NCBI GenBank assembly: GCA_907165135.1
Contig: OU015568.1
Location: forward strand, 186,001-250,000
DNA from: Oikopleura dioica
Lineage: Eukaryota; Animalia; Chordata
Length of the DNA stretch: 64,000 bases
Reading direction: 5' to 3'
Part shown: positions 11,500 through 24,619 of the stretch, one piece after another
Position numbering within the stretch: position 1 is the first letter of the stretch
Layout: each line of letters begins with the position of its first letter
Translations under genes and position numbers: made by a program
The notes under the pieces: model-generated
What the model was told of the DNA's origin: nothing
Seen by the model: the letters and a program-made list of their open reading frames with translations, nothing else
The model's database searches: none

Positions 11500-12180
11500 A
11501 ACTTTCTTTCAGTCAGAATGGGTCAGGTGTACACGCAAATGCGCGGGGACAATCTCGGTTTCCCGGGACTACCTTCATCGACTACTTTCCGCTCCCATGG
11601 CGACCAGAAGATTGAAAAAAATTATTTCCCCCGCTCTTATGTAACAAAAACATTCAGGGTATTTGGGAGGCTGACCAAGCTGACAAGAATATGTTCGGCC
11701 GAACGAACAACATCCTCGCCGGATACTCGAACAAGGCAGTTCTCGCCCTCCCAGACATTCCAATGCTCGAAGGCTGCCGTAAAGCAGCAGTGGACCGTCA
11801 AGTCGCTGTTAGTATTCTTTTTAGATTCGTCGCACTTTTTCCATAAACTAGAGGATTGTCTCAGTGCCGTTAATCCTATCCGTTAGGTCTAGGAATGCGT
11901 GACACCGTCTATTTTCCCGACAAATGCAAATACTTTGGTGGCCTCTTTAAATAAAAAATATCATGCACACTGTAGCCCGTAGAAAGATTCTCTTGTTTCT
12001 AACTGAGCTCAATGGCCCGAGCTCAATACAAAACTTCCCCGACATTTGGCCACGAGCCTTTCGATGCTCACCACCATGTGAACTACACTGCTCGACGTCC
12101 AAATATTTTCCGTCACGAATCGTCCATCTGGGCGATGGAGCACTTTGGCATGGATCGCATCCGATTCTCCCAGGTGGGTT
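11500..12180 (+). pseudogene. Degenerate coding fragment, unidentified
   Basis: Plus-strand frame with gene-like codon usage (TTFIDYFPLPWRPED*...; FGHEPFDAHHHVNYTARRPNIFRHESSIWAMEHFG) broken by stops. Confidence 0.25.
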
Positions 12181-12729
12181 AAACACATCATCACATCGTC
12201 AGAAAGCAGTTAGATTTTGACGTCTTCCACTGCCCAACTTCATTCGATCTTATCATCATGATATTATTTAGCCGGCAGAAACTGGGGCAAGTCTGGCATC
12301 CGAGTTCAAAAGTGAAATCAAACATAGATTTAAATTTCTGTTCATCTTTTTTATTCGACTTTACAATAAATAAAAAAGTCCCGAGAAAATTTGACTTCCT
12401 GCTTAGATTGACCTATTTGTGCAGATATCGTTTTACACAGTCTGTAAAGCACCATCGACGATGGTGCTTCATGAATCATGATTCATCAATTATCGAAAAA
12501 CCTTCATCAAATCAGCGATCGAGGAATTCTCTAGATCTCAACGAAGCCGTTTCGCGCGGAAAAGGAAATCATTCCACGCAAAAGATTAGAGGAAAAATTC
12601 GCAGTCGGTTTTTGATAAGTGCAGGAAAAAGAGTTTGAGAAATCTAAAAAATAGAAGCATATAAATATGAAAAGTATTTGATTCTAATTTATTTATCTCG
12701 AAAGAACTTTCATAAAGTTATTCCTGGAA

Positions 12730-14225
12730 ATGACTTCAACTCCGGAAATGGACGAGTTACAGAAGCTTGCTGAGAAACAGAAGATCAAAATAAATAACCA
12801 GAGAATGCATATTAATTCCTTGCAAAAAAAGCTGAAGAAAATAGAGGAAAAGGATAGAGCTGATAAAGAAGGGGCGGACCAGTCAAAAGCGAAAATTGAA
12901 GAGCTTACGAAAATGTTGGAGAGCCGGATGACAAGAATAAGGTATCAAAGCAAGATGTATATTGAGCTCGAGAAGAAACAAAGGGAGACGATTGATGAAT
13001 TAAAGGAAAAGAATTCCGAAGTTTTGGATTTGAAAGAGAAACTCAAATCTTCCGAAGAGAACTCGAAAATGAAGACTCAAATGATCGACTCTTTGAACGA
13101 AAAAATGAAGGTTCAGCAAGATTCTGTCGAAAAACTTCAAAAGCAGAAAGAAGAAGAAGCCTCCAGAGATCAACATTCGATCAAAAACAAGAATTCAATC
13201 ATCTCAGGTCTCCGAAGGGCTCTCAAAGATGAAAAGGAATCGAAAAAAGTCCTCAAAGAACACCTGGCCCACGTAAAGTCGCTCCTAAGTGAATCAAATA
13301 AATGCAAGGTGGAATCAGAAAAAAAGATCGAAAATTTACAGAATCAGCTGGAGGAGAATTCAAGAGCTGCAAAGTACAAAGAAACGATTATTGAAGCGGA
13401 ACATGCGAGCCTGAAGGAAGAGATGCAGGATAGGCACAACTCTTTCTTCAAATTTCTAAGCCATGATTTATGTTTTAAACATTCCCAACGAATGTCCGTC
13501 CATGAAGTTGAGTTGAAAAAAAGCTTTTGAAACGTCAAAATGAGGAGAAATTTTTGGAGATTAATAAAACTAATCAAAGATTACATAAGAAATTTGATAA
13601 TGCCAGAGCGAAGCTGCAGAAAATGGAGGAAGCGGAGAGAGCAACTGCTCACTTGAAGTACAAGAGAAAAGAGACGGAGATTGAAGCGGAAAATGCAATC
13701 TTGAAAAAAGGAGTTCAGGATAGGCTCAATTTTTTCTTAAGAAATATTAGAAAAAGGAAGATTCCGAATAACATATGATATATGTAACATATCTTTAACG
13801 TAAAATATGTTGAGCAAAGATCAAAGATACTGAAAGAGAAGCAACACGAACAGACTGCCATTGAAGAAAATTTGAAAAGGCAACTTTCGGAAAGTCAAAA
13901 TGAGAAAAAAACTTTGAAGGCCAAGCTAGCAGATCAGGAAAAGAAAGAAACTCTGAAGAAGGCCGAGTCGAAAGCGCGAAGAGTTCTCTCCTTCCAAAAG
14001 CAAGAGCTCGTCGAACTGAAAAGTCAAGTAGAACATCAAACTACGGAAATCGATGAGCTGAAATCAAAGGTTCAAGAACTGAAGATGGAGAATGAAAAAT
14101 TGACTGGCCTCGCTGGAAAAAGCGAAAGAAAGGTATTCTCTATCGAAATATTTCATTTTGAAATCGTATTGCTATTTTAGTTGCGCATGAAGATTATGAA
14201 GATTGCAGAGATCTGTGAAGAGTAA
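12730..14225 (+). CDS. Coiled-coil protein, copy A (frame broken near 13520 and 13780; pseudogene or non-canonical introns)
   Basis: Lys/Glu-rich heptad ORFs 12730-13530, 13527-13778, 13872-14132. Canonical last intron 14133-14180 gives LRMKIMKIAEICEE*. Confidence 0.6.
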
Positions 14226-15885
14226 TGTTGAAGAATGCTGCTTTTATGAACGCTGAAAAAAAAGAAAATGGAGTAAACTCAGTTGAAATTTTTATTTTTG
14301 TTTGAAATTTAAAAGGAATCTGCTCTAAGATTTTTTTCCGGCTCATTTTGCCTTTGATTGTTCATGTTGGGAAGAATTCGATAAATCGTAAGATAGTAAA
14401 TAAGTTTAATAAGATAAGGTTAATTAGATAATAAATAAGTTTGGTTGCTAAAACATTTATATCAACAAACGCCCAGAAATACAGTCGTTTGATTCTGAGA
14501 ATAATTTTTTGCCATTGATGCATAATTTCTGCTCACGACTCTTGGAGTTCTGTCGTTCCTTGATTTCCATTTTGTTCTCCGGCTCCTCTTCGAGGGTTTC
14601 TCGAAACATAAGTTTTTCCATTTTTCTAGGTCGATTTCACTTTTACGAATTTTCTATGAATCGGCCCAGTAACTGGGCCCAAGTTCCTCCGTCGGTCACC
14701 ATGAACAAAAATCTTTTTTTTTTTTTTTATTTCGCTTAACAAAATCCCTCACCTTTTCAAATTTGTCCTCGACATTTTTTGGACTTGAATGATGATTGAG
14801 GTTGTCGCCTTTTGGAAACATGTGATAATCGAAAAAAAACAGCATCAATTTAATTTTGACAGTCTTGTCATTCAAGTGGCGAAATCAGTCTTACGACTCA
14901 TGAGAGCTACCGCACAGCCAAATCTCAGATTTGAAATCTGATGTCTTCGTCGATCCTTGGAATTCTAGCATAGTTGTTCAGCATTTTCTACTCTTCGTCT
15001 CCACGCTATGGGAAAGTGTTTATTTCAACTTCATCGCGATCCGTTAATCTTTCGTTCGTAAACTCTCTCTTTTTGTATTTCTGCTACAAAGAAGTCAAAC
15101 CTAAGCAGCTCGTCAAGAAAAATAATGTCAAGTTTTTCATGAGAATGGGAAATTGAAAAAATCATGTTGAAAATTCTTGTTGCATTTTTATTTTTGAAAT
15201 AACCAGAGCAGCAAAAATTCAAAAGAAGAAGACCTTTTTAAACGAACTTTAAAAGAAGCCATTTTTTAAGGAAGAAACCTTTGAAATCAACGAGGAGTCG
15301 AAATCAAGAGACAGATCTCTCTCTTATGGAGTCGGAACGCGTTTGTTATTGAGATAGCGATGCAATCCTTCTTTTTGCTTGGTTTTACCACGGATTCAAA
15401 GGGAACAATTTCCCTTCTCCGACAATTTAACTCAATTCACAGTCTGTGATTTGAATGCAGTCCACTTTCAAATTATTGCTAAATCGCTAACTGCTAGATT
15501 ACTGCTAAAAAATCATGGATAGAATTAGCTGCCTCGATCGCGAATTGAAAACAATTTCATGGAGCGACTTGAACAGACGCACTTTAAATCACTGTAAATA
15601 GAAATAAAACTTTGAAATTCGAAATTTCACCAAACCGCCCCACACCTCTTTGGAAAAAATTGGAGAAGAATAAAGAGTGTTTTTCAGTCATTCGATGGTC
15701 TTCAATGTGAAGGAACTTTTCGCAAAATCTTTCTTGAAAGCATCGGCTTCGAAATGAAGTAAAATTCGTTCTTCATCCCATTGTCGCTGCGAATAAAAAA
15801 TGCGCTCTCGCAGTACTAGTTCTCGCAAAAATCCAAGAAAGTTCCGGCGATATTTTGACGGCAACGATGTTTTATAGCTTTGCAG

Positions 15886-16291
15886 GGAAAGACCTTAACT
15901 CGGCAAACTCAGCAGACTCGGCAGAAAATTTTTTCATCAAATTCTGTCCTTCTGCCTGTATTTTTTGAAGAGATACCATTTAATTGATAGAAACATTCTT
16001 TCCAAAGTCGTAGACAACAGTATGTTGCAATTTTAGATCAAAATTTTCAGATGTTTTAGCGAATATGGGGTTTTCTACCATCTCACTCGCGAAGCGGACT
16101 TCACGCTGGATTTTTCACTGAGAAACGAGTGTAATGAATTTTTTTTTGCCAGATAACTATCGAAACACATATTTTGTGCGTTTTATATTTGATTGAATAC
16201 GAACTGTTGGAAAAATGGACCATTTTCGAGCTTTTTGTATTGACCGCCTTGTCTGCCGAGTCTGCCGAGTCTGCTGAGTTATGGTCCAGCC
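15886..16291. mobile_element. MITE with GG...CC termini and 8-bp TSD (Merlin/Mutator-like)
   Basis: TSD CTTTGCAG at 15878-15885 and 16292-16299. Imperfect TIR with ACTCGGCAG subrepeats. Empty site present in duplicate unit B (about 20293-20300). Confidence 0.7.
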
Positions 16292-16494
16292 CTTTGCAGC
16301 CCAGAAAGCTTCGACGATAGACGAGTAAACAATGAAAACGCGCTGGATCTTTTCGAAAACGAGTCCAGCGGCGTCTACAACTGGTTGTTGGATCAAGCGA
16401 CAAAAGGCGTCCAGAGCGCAGAATCATCTGGCAAGCGCGGTCTACGAAATAGCATCTGATTCGAGAACGAAGAATTCCCGGCAAGAATCGTTAA

Positions 16495-17035
16495 CGCATG
16501 AACGCACGAAATATTTTTCCTGCTGAACGCATATTGCGCAGATTTCTGCGCAGCACCTTTGGAGCGCTCTAGCGACGATTGTGGTCGAGATTTGAAAGAA
16601 CCGAATCTACCAAAATGAAGCCCAGACGCTTGCAAACAAGTGATTTCAACTATTACCTAAAAAATGCCATTTTCTCAAGTTTTATCGATTGTTATACAAA
16701 AGAAGGTATTATTCTAACTATAAATCGTCATTTTGATTCCTCTAAGAGATTTTTTATACTAAAATATAATTTAACCATAAAAAATTAGCAAATTTCGTCA
16801 AAGAAGAATCAGTTTATAAAGAAAATTTCGAGAATTTGAAAGGGACGGAAATTTTCGCTCTGAAGCCAAATTTTTAACCTGAGGCCAAAAAAGTTTTCTG
16901 ATGACAGATTCAGATTCATCATCGAAAAAGAGTCCCAAAAGTGGGGGTCCATTTTAAATTTTGATGAAGTAAAGTTTGAGTTATCGAGCTTCGAAGGTGC
17001 TCTGCGCAGAAATATGCGCAATATGCGTTCAAGCG
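16495..17035. mobile_element. TTAA-flanked MITE with CGC...GCG termini (piggyBac-like?)
   Basis: TTAA at 16491-16494 and 17036-17039. Inverted CGC(A/T)TGAACGCA and TGAACGCATATTGCGCA. Absent from unit B. Confidence 0.55.
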
Positions 17036-18015
17036 TTAATTGCAATTTCTTCAAAAACTACAAGTCAATCATTTTCTAAGAAATTCAACGATCTCGACTT
17101 TTTTCGCTTTGCGAAATTGGACCTCTTGAACATCATCGCAGTCAATGTCCTGATAGCACTCACAGCAATGCTTGCAGCAAATTTTAGCAACTGTTTTCTC
17201 CCCGAATAAATCAAGATTCGATCTTAAGCCATTTTGCTCTCCTAAAATTTGCACGATTTACGAAAATGCAGATTTCTTTTTCGCCAATTGAAAATTTCGT
17301 CCCCGCAAAAACTTGGTAAATACCAAAATTAAACTGGAACATTAACTTGACACTAGAGGAAAGAGAAGCGCGGCGAATTTTTGCGACGCTAAAGCCGAAG
17401 AGACAAAAAGCGCCTTTCTAATTGCGAATAGCTCCTGGGTTTGTCAGAATCTCGGTCTTCAAAGATCAAAGATCCGATGCCAGCGAACATGTGATGCATT
17501 AAGCAAAGTAACCTTAAGTTTCACATTTTGTCCGAAGGCACTAGCATTTCGCTCTTGACGCAGTCCCCAACATCAGCAGCTTTGGCAGTCAAATTTTCAT
17601 CTTCGTTGACGTTTAAAACCGAATCAAGGGTGACCTATCGCGCCTGATCGCCAACGAATATATTGAAAATCGTCGGTTCAGTTGTCGTTCAAGCTCTATC
17701 TGCAGTAAAAGCCAGCTGCTCGCATTTTCCTGGCAAAAGTGACGACATCTTGGGAGTTTCGAGTCTTCGAACCCTGATTTAATGAATCATGAATTATCGA
17801 AAAACATTCCTCAAATCAGCGATCGAGGAATTCTCTAGATCTCAACGAAGCCGCTTCGCGCGGAAAAGGAAATCATTTCACGCAAAAGATTAGAGGAAAA
17901 ATTCGCAGTCGGTTTTTTTTTGAAGGAAAAAGAGTTCGGAAGTTTATTTTTTTTAGTATTATTTATTTTGAATGTTTTATTTTCATGAAAGAACTTTTAT
18001 AAAGACCTTCCTTAA

Positions 18016-19479
18016 ATGAGCTCAGCTCCGAAAATGGACGAGTTGCAGAAGCTTGCAGAGAAACAGAAGACTAAAATCAATAATCAGAGAATGCAGCTTG
18101 ATTCCTTGCAGAAGAAGTATGAAGAGGCACTAGACGAACTGACGGAAATCGAGGAAAAGGAGAGAGCTAAGAAAAAAGAGGCCAAAAAGGACCCGTCAAA
18201 GGCGAAAATCGAGGAACTTACGAAAATTCTGGAGATGAAGAAGGCAAGAATTAAGAATCAGAGCAAAAGTAATGTTGCGCTCGAGAAGAAACATAAGCAG
18301 ACGACGAATGAATTAAAGAAGAAGAATTCCGAAGTTTTGAATCTGAACGAGAAACTGAAATCTTCCGAAGAGAACTTGAAAATCAAGAATGAAATGATCG
18401 TCTTTTTGAAGGAAAAAACGAAGATTCAGCAAGAGTCAATCGAAAGTCTTCAAAAGCAGAGAGAAGAAGAAGCCTCCAGAGATCAACATTCGATCGAAAA
18501 CAAGAATTCAATCATCCAAGGTCTCCGAAAGGCTCTCAAAGATGAAAAAGAGTCGAAAAAAGCCCACAAAGACCATCTAGTCCACCTGATTATTGAAGCG
18601 GAAAATGCAAGCCTGAAAGAAGAGATTCAGGATAGGCTCAACTTTTTTTTAATATAATATTCTTAGCAACAGAACTTTCTCCAAGCTCACGAATGACAGT
18701 TTATTTCGAGTGAATGTTCTTGTGCAAAAAGCAAAGAAATTAAAAAAGTCCTTAAAAAAAAGAAAGTCCGTCCAGGAAGTTGAGTCAAAAAACAGAAAGT
18801 CAAAAGTCAATCTGAAAAAAGAATTTCGAAGATGAATAAAACTAATCAAAGATTACAGAAGAAATTTGATGATGCGAGAGCGAAGCTGCAGAAAATGGAG
18901 GAAGCTGAGAGACGAGTGAAGTACAAGAGAAAAGAGACTGAGGTTGAAGCGGAAAATGCAATCTTGAAAAAAGGAGTTCAGGAAAGGCTCATCTTTTTCT
19001 TAAGAACTATAAGCAAGGAAATTCATAAACTTTATGACTTCTGACTTTACGGCGAAAAATATGCTGAGCAAAGATCAAAGATACTGAAAGAGAAGCAACA
19101 CGAACAAACCGTCCTTGAAGAAGATTTGAAAAAGCAACTTCTGGAAAGTCAAAATGATAAAGAAACTCTGAAGGCAAAGCTTGGAGAAAAGGAAAAGCAA
19201 GAAAGTCAAAAGAAAGCCGAGTCAAAAGCGCGAAGAATTCTGTCCTTCAATAAACAAGAACTGGGCGAACTAAGAAGTCAAGTTGAAGATCAAACTGCTG
19301 AAATCGATGAGCTGAAATCAAAGGTCCAAGAACTGAAGATTGAGAATGAGAAACTGACTGGCCTTGCTGGAAAAAGCGAAAGAAAGGTATTTTCCATCGA
19401 AATATTTCATACAGAAATCAAATTGTTATTTTAGTTGCGCATGAAGATTATGAAGATTGCGAAGATTTGTGAAGAATGA
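18016..19479 (+). CDS. Coiled-coil protein, copy B (frame broken at homologous positions)
   Basis: Paralog of 12730-14225. GC-type donor GATAG/GCTCAA; last intron 19387-19434; ends KICEE*. Confidence 0.6.
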
Positions 19480-22210
19480 ATTTGAAAAATGCTGCTTTTA
19501 TGAACGCTGAAAAAATACATGATAATACGCTGAAAATATAGAAAATGGGATAAAAACTGAGTTGAAATTTGGATTTTGGTTCTCTTTAAATCGTAAAATA
19601 AATAATTTATTTGTATTATACATTAGTTTGGCTGCTAAGACCTTAACATCTAAAAATGCCGAGAAATACAGTCGTTTGATTCTGAGAATTATTTTTTGCC
19701 TTTGATGTAATTTCTGCTCATGACTCTTGGAGTTCTGTCGTTCCTTGATTTCGATTTTGTTCTCCAGCTCCTTTATTCTACAACTCTCGTCTATGATTTC
19801 GTGAGAACTTACGATGCAGGACGTTCGAATTCTTCGACGGTTTCGAGAAACATGTGTTTTTCCCTTTTCTCCATCGATTTCACATTTACGAATTTTTCAT
19901 GAAAAAATTTTTTGGAAAAAATCCTTTTGGAAATATGTGATAATCGCATCAAAGCAATAGAAAAAAATAGCATCTATTTAATATTGGAAGCCTTGTCTTT
20001 GAAGTGGCGAAATCTCATCGCTATCCGTAGGTAAACTCTCTCTTTTTGTAATTCGGCCACAAAGAAGTCAAACCTAAGCAGCTCGTCGAAATATATTGCT
20101 GAAAATTCTTGTTGCACTTTTATTATTGAAAGATTCAGAGCAGCGAAAATGCAAAAACATTCCAAGAAGAAGCCTTTGAAATAAACGAGGAGTCAAAATC
20201 AACAGTCAGATCTCTCTCTTATTGAATGATTCAATTTGAATCGGAACGCGTTTGTAATTTCATGAAGCGACTTGGAGTTGGATGTATTACAGCTATGCAG
20301 CCCAGAAAGCTTTTGAAAGAAGACGAGGCCATCCCGAGCAAATAATCTTCGTTGAAGATATACCAGTAAACGACGAAAACGCGCTGGATCTTTTCGAAAA
20401 CGAGTCCAGCGGCGTCTACAACTGGTTGTTGGATCAAGCGACAAAAGGCGTCCAGAGCGCAGAATCATCTGGCAAGCGCGGTCTTCGAAAAAGTACCTGA
20501 TTCGAGAACGAAGAATTCTCGCCAAGAAGTCTGAGAAATTCAATAATCTCGGCCTTTTTCTCACTAGGAAATTGGAGCTCTTGAACACCATCGCAGTCAA
20601 TGTCCTGATAGCACTCGCAGCAAGGCTTGCAGCAAATTTTAACGGATTTTTCTTCTAAGAATAATTTAAGATTCGATCCTACGCCATTTTGCCCTCCAGA
20701 AATCGTTAGCGTGATACTGAAGAGTGCCTCAATTTCATATTGCTCAGGAAATGAAAGTTGCAAGTCTCTCAATTGCGATAGTTTTCGCCGGAAAATACCA
20801 AAATTATAAAAACTTGACACTAGAAGAAAGAAAAGCGCGGCGAATAATTTGCGACGCTTAAGGTGAAGAGACGAACGCCTTTCCAATTTCGAGTGGCTTT
20901 TGGGTTTGAGAGAATCTCGGTCTTCAAAGATCAGAGATTCTACGCCAGCCAACAAGTTCAGCTTTAATCAACAAATAGTTATGATATTTTAGTTACCGAA
21001 ACATGACGATTCGTGGCTACGTTTCTGTTCAAAATCATTAAATGTTATGCATAAATCTAATCAAAATGACCATGAGCTCTTCGATGCACCTCTATTTGAA
21101 AGAAATTCTCGAAAATTGAAAAACCATAAACAAAAATTCCATCTGACATAAATAAAATTTTATCTTTTTAAGCCTCCGCCGAGCAAATGATCGACAGCCT
21201 CAACTTCCGACACATCCGAGGTTCTGTTGAGCTTTTGGAAGGCTCGATTCCGAAAAGGTTTCGACTCCTTTTGAAACTCACAGACTTCGAATCTTGACGA
21301 GTTGGCGGATCTCCCTCTGATGCAAAAAACGGTTTCTGAAAGTAACAATCTTTAAAGAAGTTTCATAAATATACAGCCTGGTGATAATCCAGGTATCAGT
21401 AAAGCTGGGTGTTCAGAAAGACGCTTCGCAGAATCTTTCAAATGAAAGTCTTTCTAATTAGACTTAAAAATCAGTTTGGAGCGCTACCGGGCCAACAACA
21501 AGGACTTACCAATGATTTACTCAAATCGTGTAAGCCGTAGTAACTCTAAAACCGAGTCTGCGCGCGATAACAGGTATATTTTTTCCGTAGAACCCAAGAG
21601 ACTTCTTTTGGGCTAGAATTCGAACCATTCGCACAACTTCAAGATGTAGACAAAGCGTAGAATATGGAATACCTATTCCATCATCCTAATTCCATCATTT
21701 TAACACATTTTAACAGCCTTGTACTGAAAGTCGAAATTCTAAACCGCTTTTTCAAAGGGAGTAATTTTCTTATCAACTATTTTCAGCTCTGATAGAAACT
21801 CAGCTGCTTATGGAAATAGCTAAATAAGAAAAGTATCTTCCGAGTCTGATTCAATCACAGGAAATTCAGTGATCTCTAGTAGCGGATGGCACAGTACATG
21901 CGGTTCTTCACGATTTCATTCGTTCGAATTCAGTTAATAAGTTAAGTATATTCTCATTATTTTTGACGGATGTGTAGCTTTCGATGCCGATGTAATCGTG
22001 AATTGAGCCTTTTTAATGGTTTTCTTGTTAATTAATTAAATTGAATTTGGCAAGGTGAAAAACCGGTGGCATAAAGATCGACGGTTATTTAAATGCAAAG
22101 GGTGATCAGGGCCAGAGCTTGGCAACCTCGGAAGAAAACCTTAATCTGGATCGATAAAAATCATTAATTATAGATTGGTTTTAATTTGAGTGAATCGCTC
22201 CGTTTTTCTT

Positions 22211-22286
22211 ACGGCTTTTTATTGAAGGCTTCAATTTGAAGCTCCTTTAAATCCTGACTCAGATTTTCAGCATGGCTTGCCGAGCC
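22211..22286. promoter_or_regulatory. Composite motif module, copy 2
   Basis: ACGGCTTTTTAT, then TGACTCA (22255-22261), 17 bp, GCCGAGCC (22279-22286). Confidence 0.35.
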
Positions 22287-23257
22287 CAGATCAGGCAATA
22301 TTGAAAACAGAGAGAATCGCAACAAGGGTCTGATTATTTTATTTCTTCTCTTAGCAGCTTAGATTGTCGTCAACTCCGGAACAACACATGCCAAGCATTC
22401 CTCGAAGTTGAGATCCCAACAGCGTAAAATTTTAAGAATGTTGTCCCAAATACCGGGTCTAGAAAACTTGCTCACTTTTTATCGTAAAGGCCGTCTCATG
22501 TCTTGTTCAGACAAGAATTGATGTCGATTTCGGTAGTTCCCGGAAGAAGGGATTTACGGCAACTTCAAGCTTAGAGTCAGTATGTGAAGGAACTTGAGTT
22601 TGAATCTAATACATTAATTGAAGATCTCTTTCAAATTGATAAGTCGTTATTGTTGGAGAATAAAAAAGCTTTATTTTTTTGCCAGAAATGATAATTTTCT
22701 TTTTCTAATCGAGCAAATCTTCTCGAAACAAAGAGGACATGGGTAAAACTTCGAATTTGTATCCACAAGAAGCTTTGATGATAAAAAACATGAGATAGGA
22801 CGAGATGCACAGAAGCTGCCGCACTGTCAAATAAAGAAGATACCAAAGCGACTGAATCAATAAATATAAAAAAACAAAAGATCAACATAAGTCTTACTTT
22901 TGATCTTCATCTTGCGGCCACATTTATTCTCAACTAATAAGTTTCAACAAAGAAGAATTCGCTGAGATCAACATTCATTAGCAGCATTGATTTTTGATGA
23001 TTAAAACAGCGGTCATTTTGAAAAATTTAACACTTGTCAAACTGAGGTCTGGTCTAACTCTAACTCAGATTTTTATGCATGCTCAAGTTCTGCGGTAAGA
23101 TAAAATATCAAAATCCAACAACTTGAAGAAAGCCTGCGTAATTACGAATAAATCGAAAAGAATCAAAAGATCTAGAGTTGCTCATGGAGCTCATTCGTTT
23201 ATTCAGATTTCATTCTATGTCAAACAAAATAGAAAAAAAACAACAGTGAAAAATAAG

Positions 23258-23677
23258 CTAGTAGAAGGAGTACTCACAAGCGGCGAGATGCGCGTTCATT
23301 CCCTCCAAGTCCTTCGGTATTCGGGCACCGCAGGATGGGCAGGCCAACGTCGACTCGAGTTCACGCCAGCTGATATTCTTCGGCACCTTCGATCCTGAAA
23401 ATAAAATTTTTTAAATTCAAAAATAAAAAAAAAAACGCTTACTTTTTGCTCTGGCCTCGTCCGCCTTTCTCATTTCTTCTTCTTCGTCCATTTCTTCGTC
23501 CGAATGCTCCATCAATGCCATCCAAGTGTCCTTTCTTTTTGTTGCGACCATGTACTTCAAGAGCCATTTCTTCATCGTTTTTCTCTCGAATAGTCGGTAC
23601 GTCTCCATGCGTCCAGTGCTCTTCAGATAGTCGAGGACATACTTTTCCTCTCTCGAAATCGTTGGCAACTCGCTCAT
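23258..23677 (-). CDS. Small protein with two LisH-like motifs, an acidic linker and a C-terminal UBZ4-type zinc finger
   Basis: KYVLDYLKSTGRMET and KWLLKYMVATKRKDT. A 48-nt GT-AG intron (23442-23395) restores the frame to ACPSCGARIPKDLEGMNAHLAAC. Confidence 0.65.
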
Positions 23678-23979
23678 CCTCTGAAATAAAAGTAAGCAAA
23701 AGAATAACTTTCTTATCTCCTTTTTTTATTTATAATGACATAAAAACAGATTTTTTATTCACGAAAATTGAAATAAAAATGTGGGAAGAAAATTTTGGAA
23801 ATTCAATCTCGAGAGGAATGCCATCAAAAATGACAAGCCTTTAAATTTAGATATTAATTGATATGAACTTACGATTGTTTTCTCTGGCTGGGACCTTGTG
23901 GAATTTAAAAAATTTGAATTTTGAAATTTTCCAGTGGAAACCGGAGAAAACTGAAAATAAATCTGGAAATGAAAATTCT

Positions 23980-24550
23980 CGCAAGTCTAGAGGCTTTGAC
24001 CGGCCAATTTCTTTCGAATTTGAAAAGCTTTCTAGAAATGCCTAAGTTGATAAAAGTTTTCACGACGAACAGAGCAGTTATTCCCAGTAGCTGAAATCGA
24101 TCCAGTCCAAAGCTCTCCGTCTTCCTCTTTTGGAATTCGAAAACAACGAGGACTCTTGATCAAGCGGAATATCAGGTCAATTATTGGTTCCTAGGTAAAG
24201 GAAGCCTGCGTTTAGAACCATTCATAAGAACATTCTTTTTCAACTTCGTTCGCAGATAAAGAATTGGACAATTATCGCCAAGGCCAACAATAGAAATGCA
24301 TTGACAACGAGAGAGAAGTTGAAGTGGAAATGTCCAATGCCTCGAAAATGAATGAAATGCTCGAGAAAATGTACGAAGACGTCGACGCTTTTACTATTGG
24401 TTTATCGTCTGAAATCAAGGAAGAGATTTATAATAAATCATTTATCCTAGCTGTTTTTTATGGAGAAAGAAGGGCTCGATACTAAGCTAAATGGGAGAAA
24501 AAAAGAAGTACATGTCCTTCTTCAATAGATTCAATAGAATCATGGCCCAT
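23980..24550 (+). pseudogene. Unidentified gene fragment with paralogous pieces at 28590-28650, 29078-29400 and 30180-30270
   Basis: Shared EVEVEMS.AS and IGLSSEIKEEI...EKEGLDTKLN..KEVHVLLQ sequence; contains stops. Confidence 0.45.
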
Positions 24551-24619
24551 AATTAGTAATAACTTATTACTAGCAAGTAATAACGAGGTAATGCTAGCAC
24601 TCAATCTTGTTTAAGGATA

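Larger units (their letters stand above)
12460..20960. repeat. Local tandem duplication: unit A about 12460-17470, unit B about 17780-20960
   Basis: Near-identical promoter block (12481-12620 vs 17790-17910), coiled-coil gene, 3' region and downstream segment. Unit A carries extra insertions. Confidence 0.85.

Noticed and set aside
12009-12194. VVSIERLVA resembling the TM3 motif of a GPCR
   Set aside because: No flanking TM helices; the opposite strand looks more like the true coding frame.
20280-20955. THAP-like (KLLKEDAIPS), F-box-like or Cys-cluster protein downstream of the coiled-coil genes
   Set aside because: Motifs fall in different frames or strands, and A-versus-B substitutions show no synonymous bias in any frame I checked.
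21160-21918. Minus-strand frame of about 250 codons interrupted only by TAA/TAG (ciliate-code gene or contaminant?)
   Set aside because: Ten stops is near random expectation for this base composition, CAA/CAG are also used, a TGA lies just upstream, and no protein family is recognisable. A decayed ORF is simpler.
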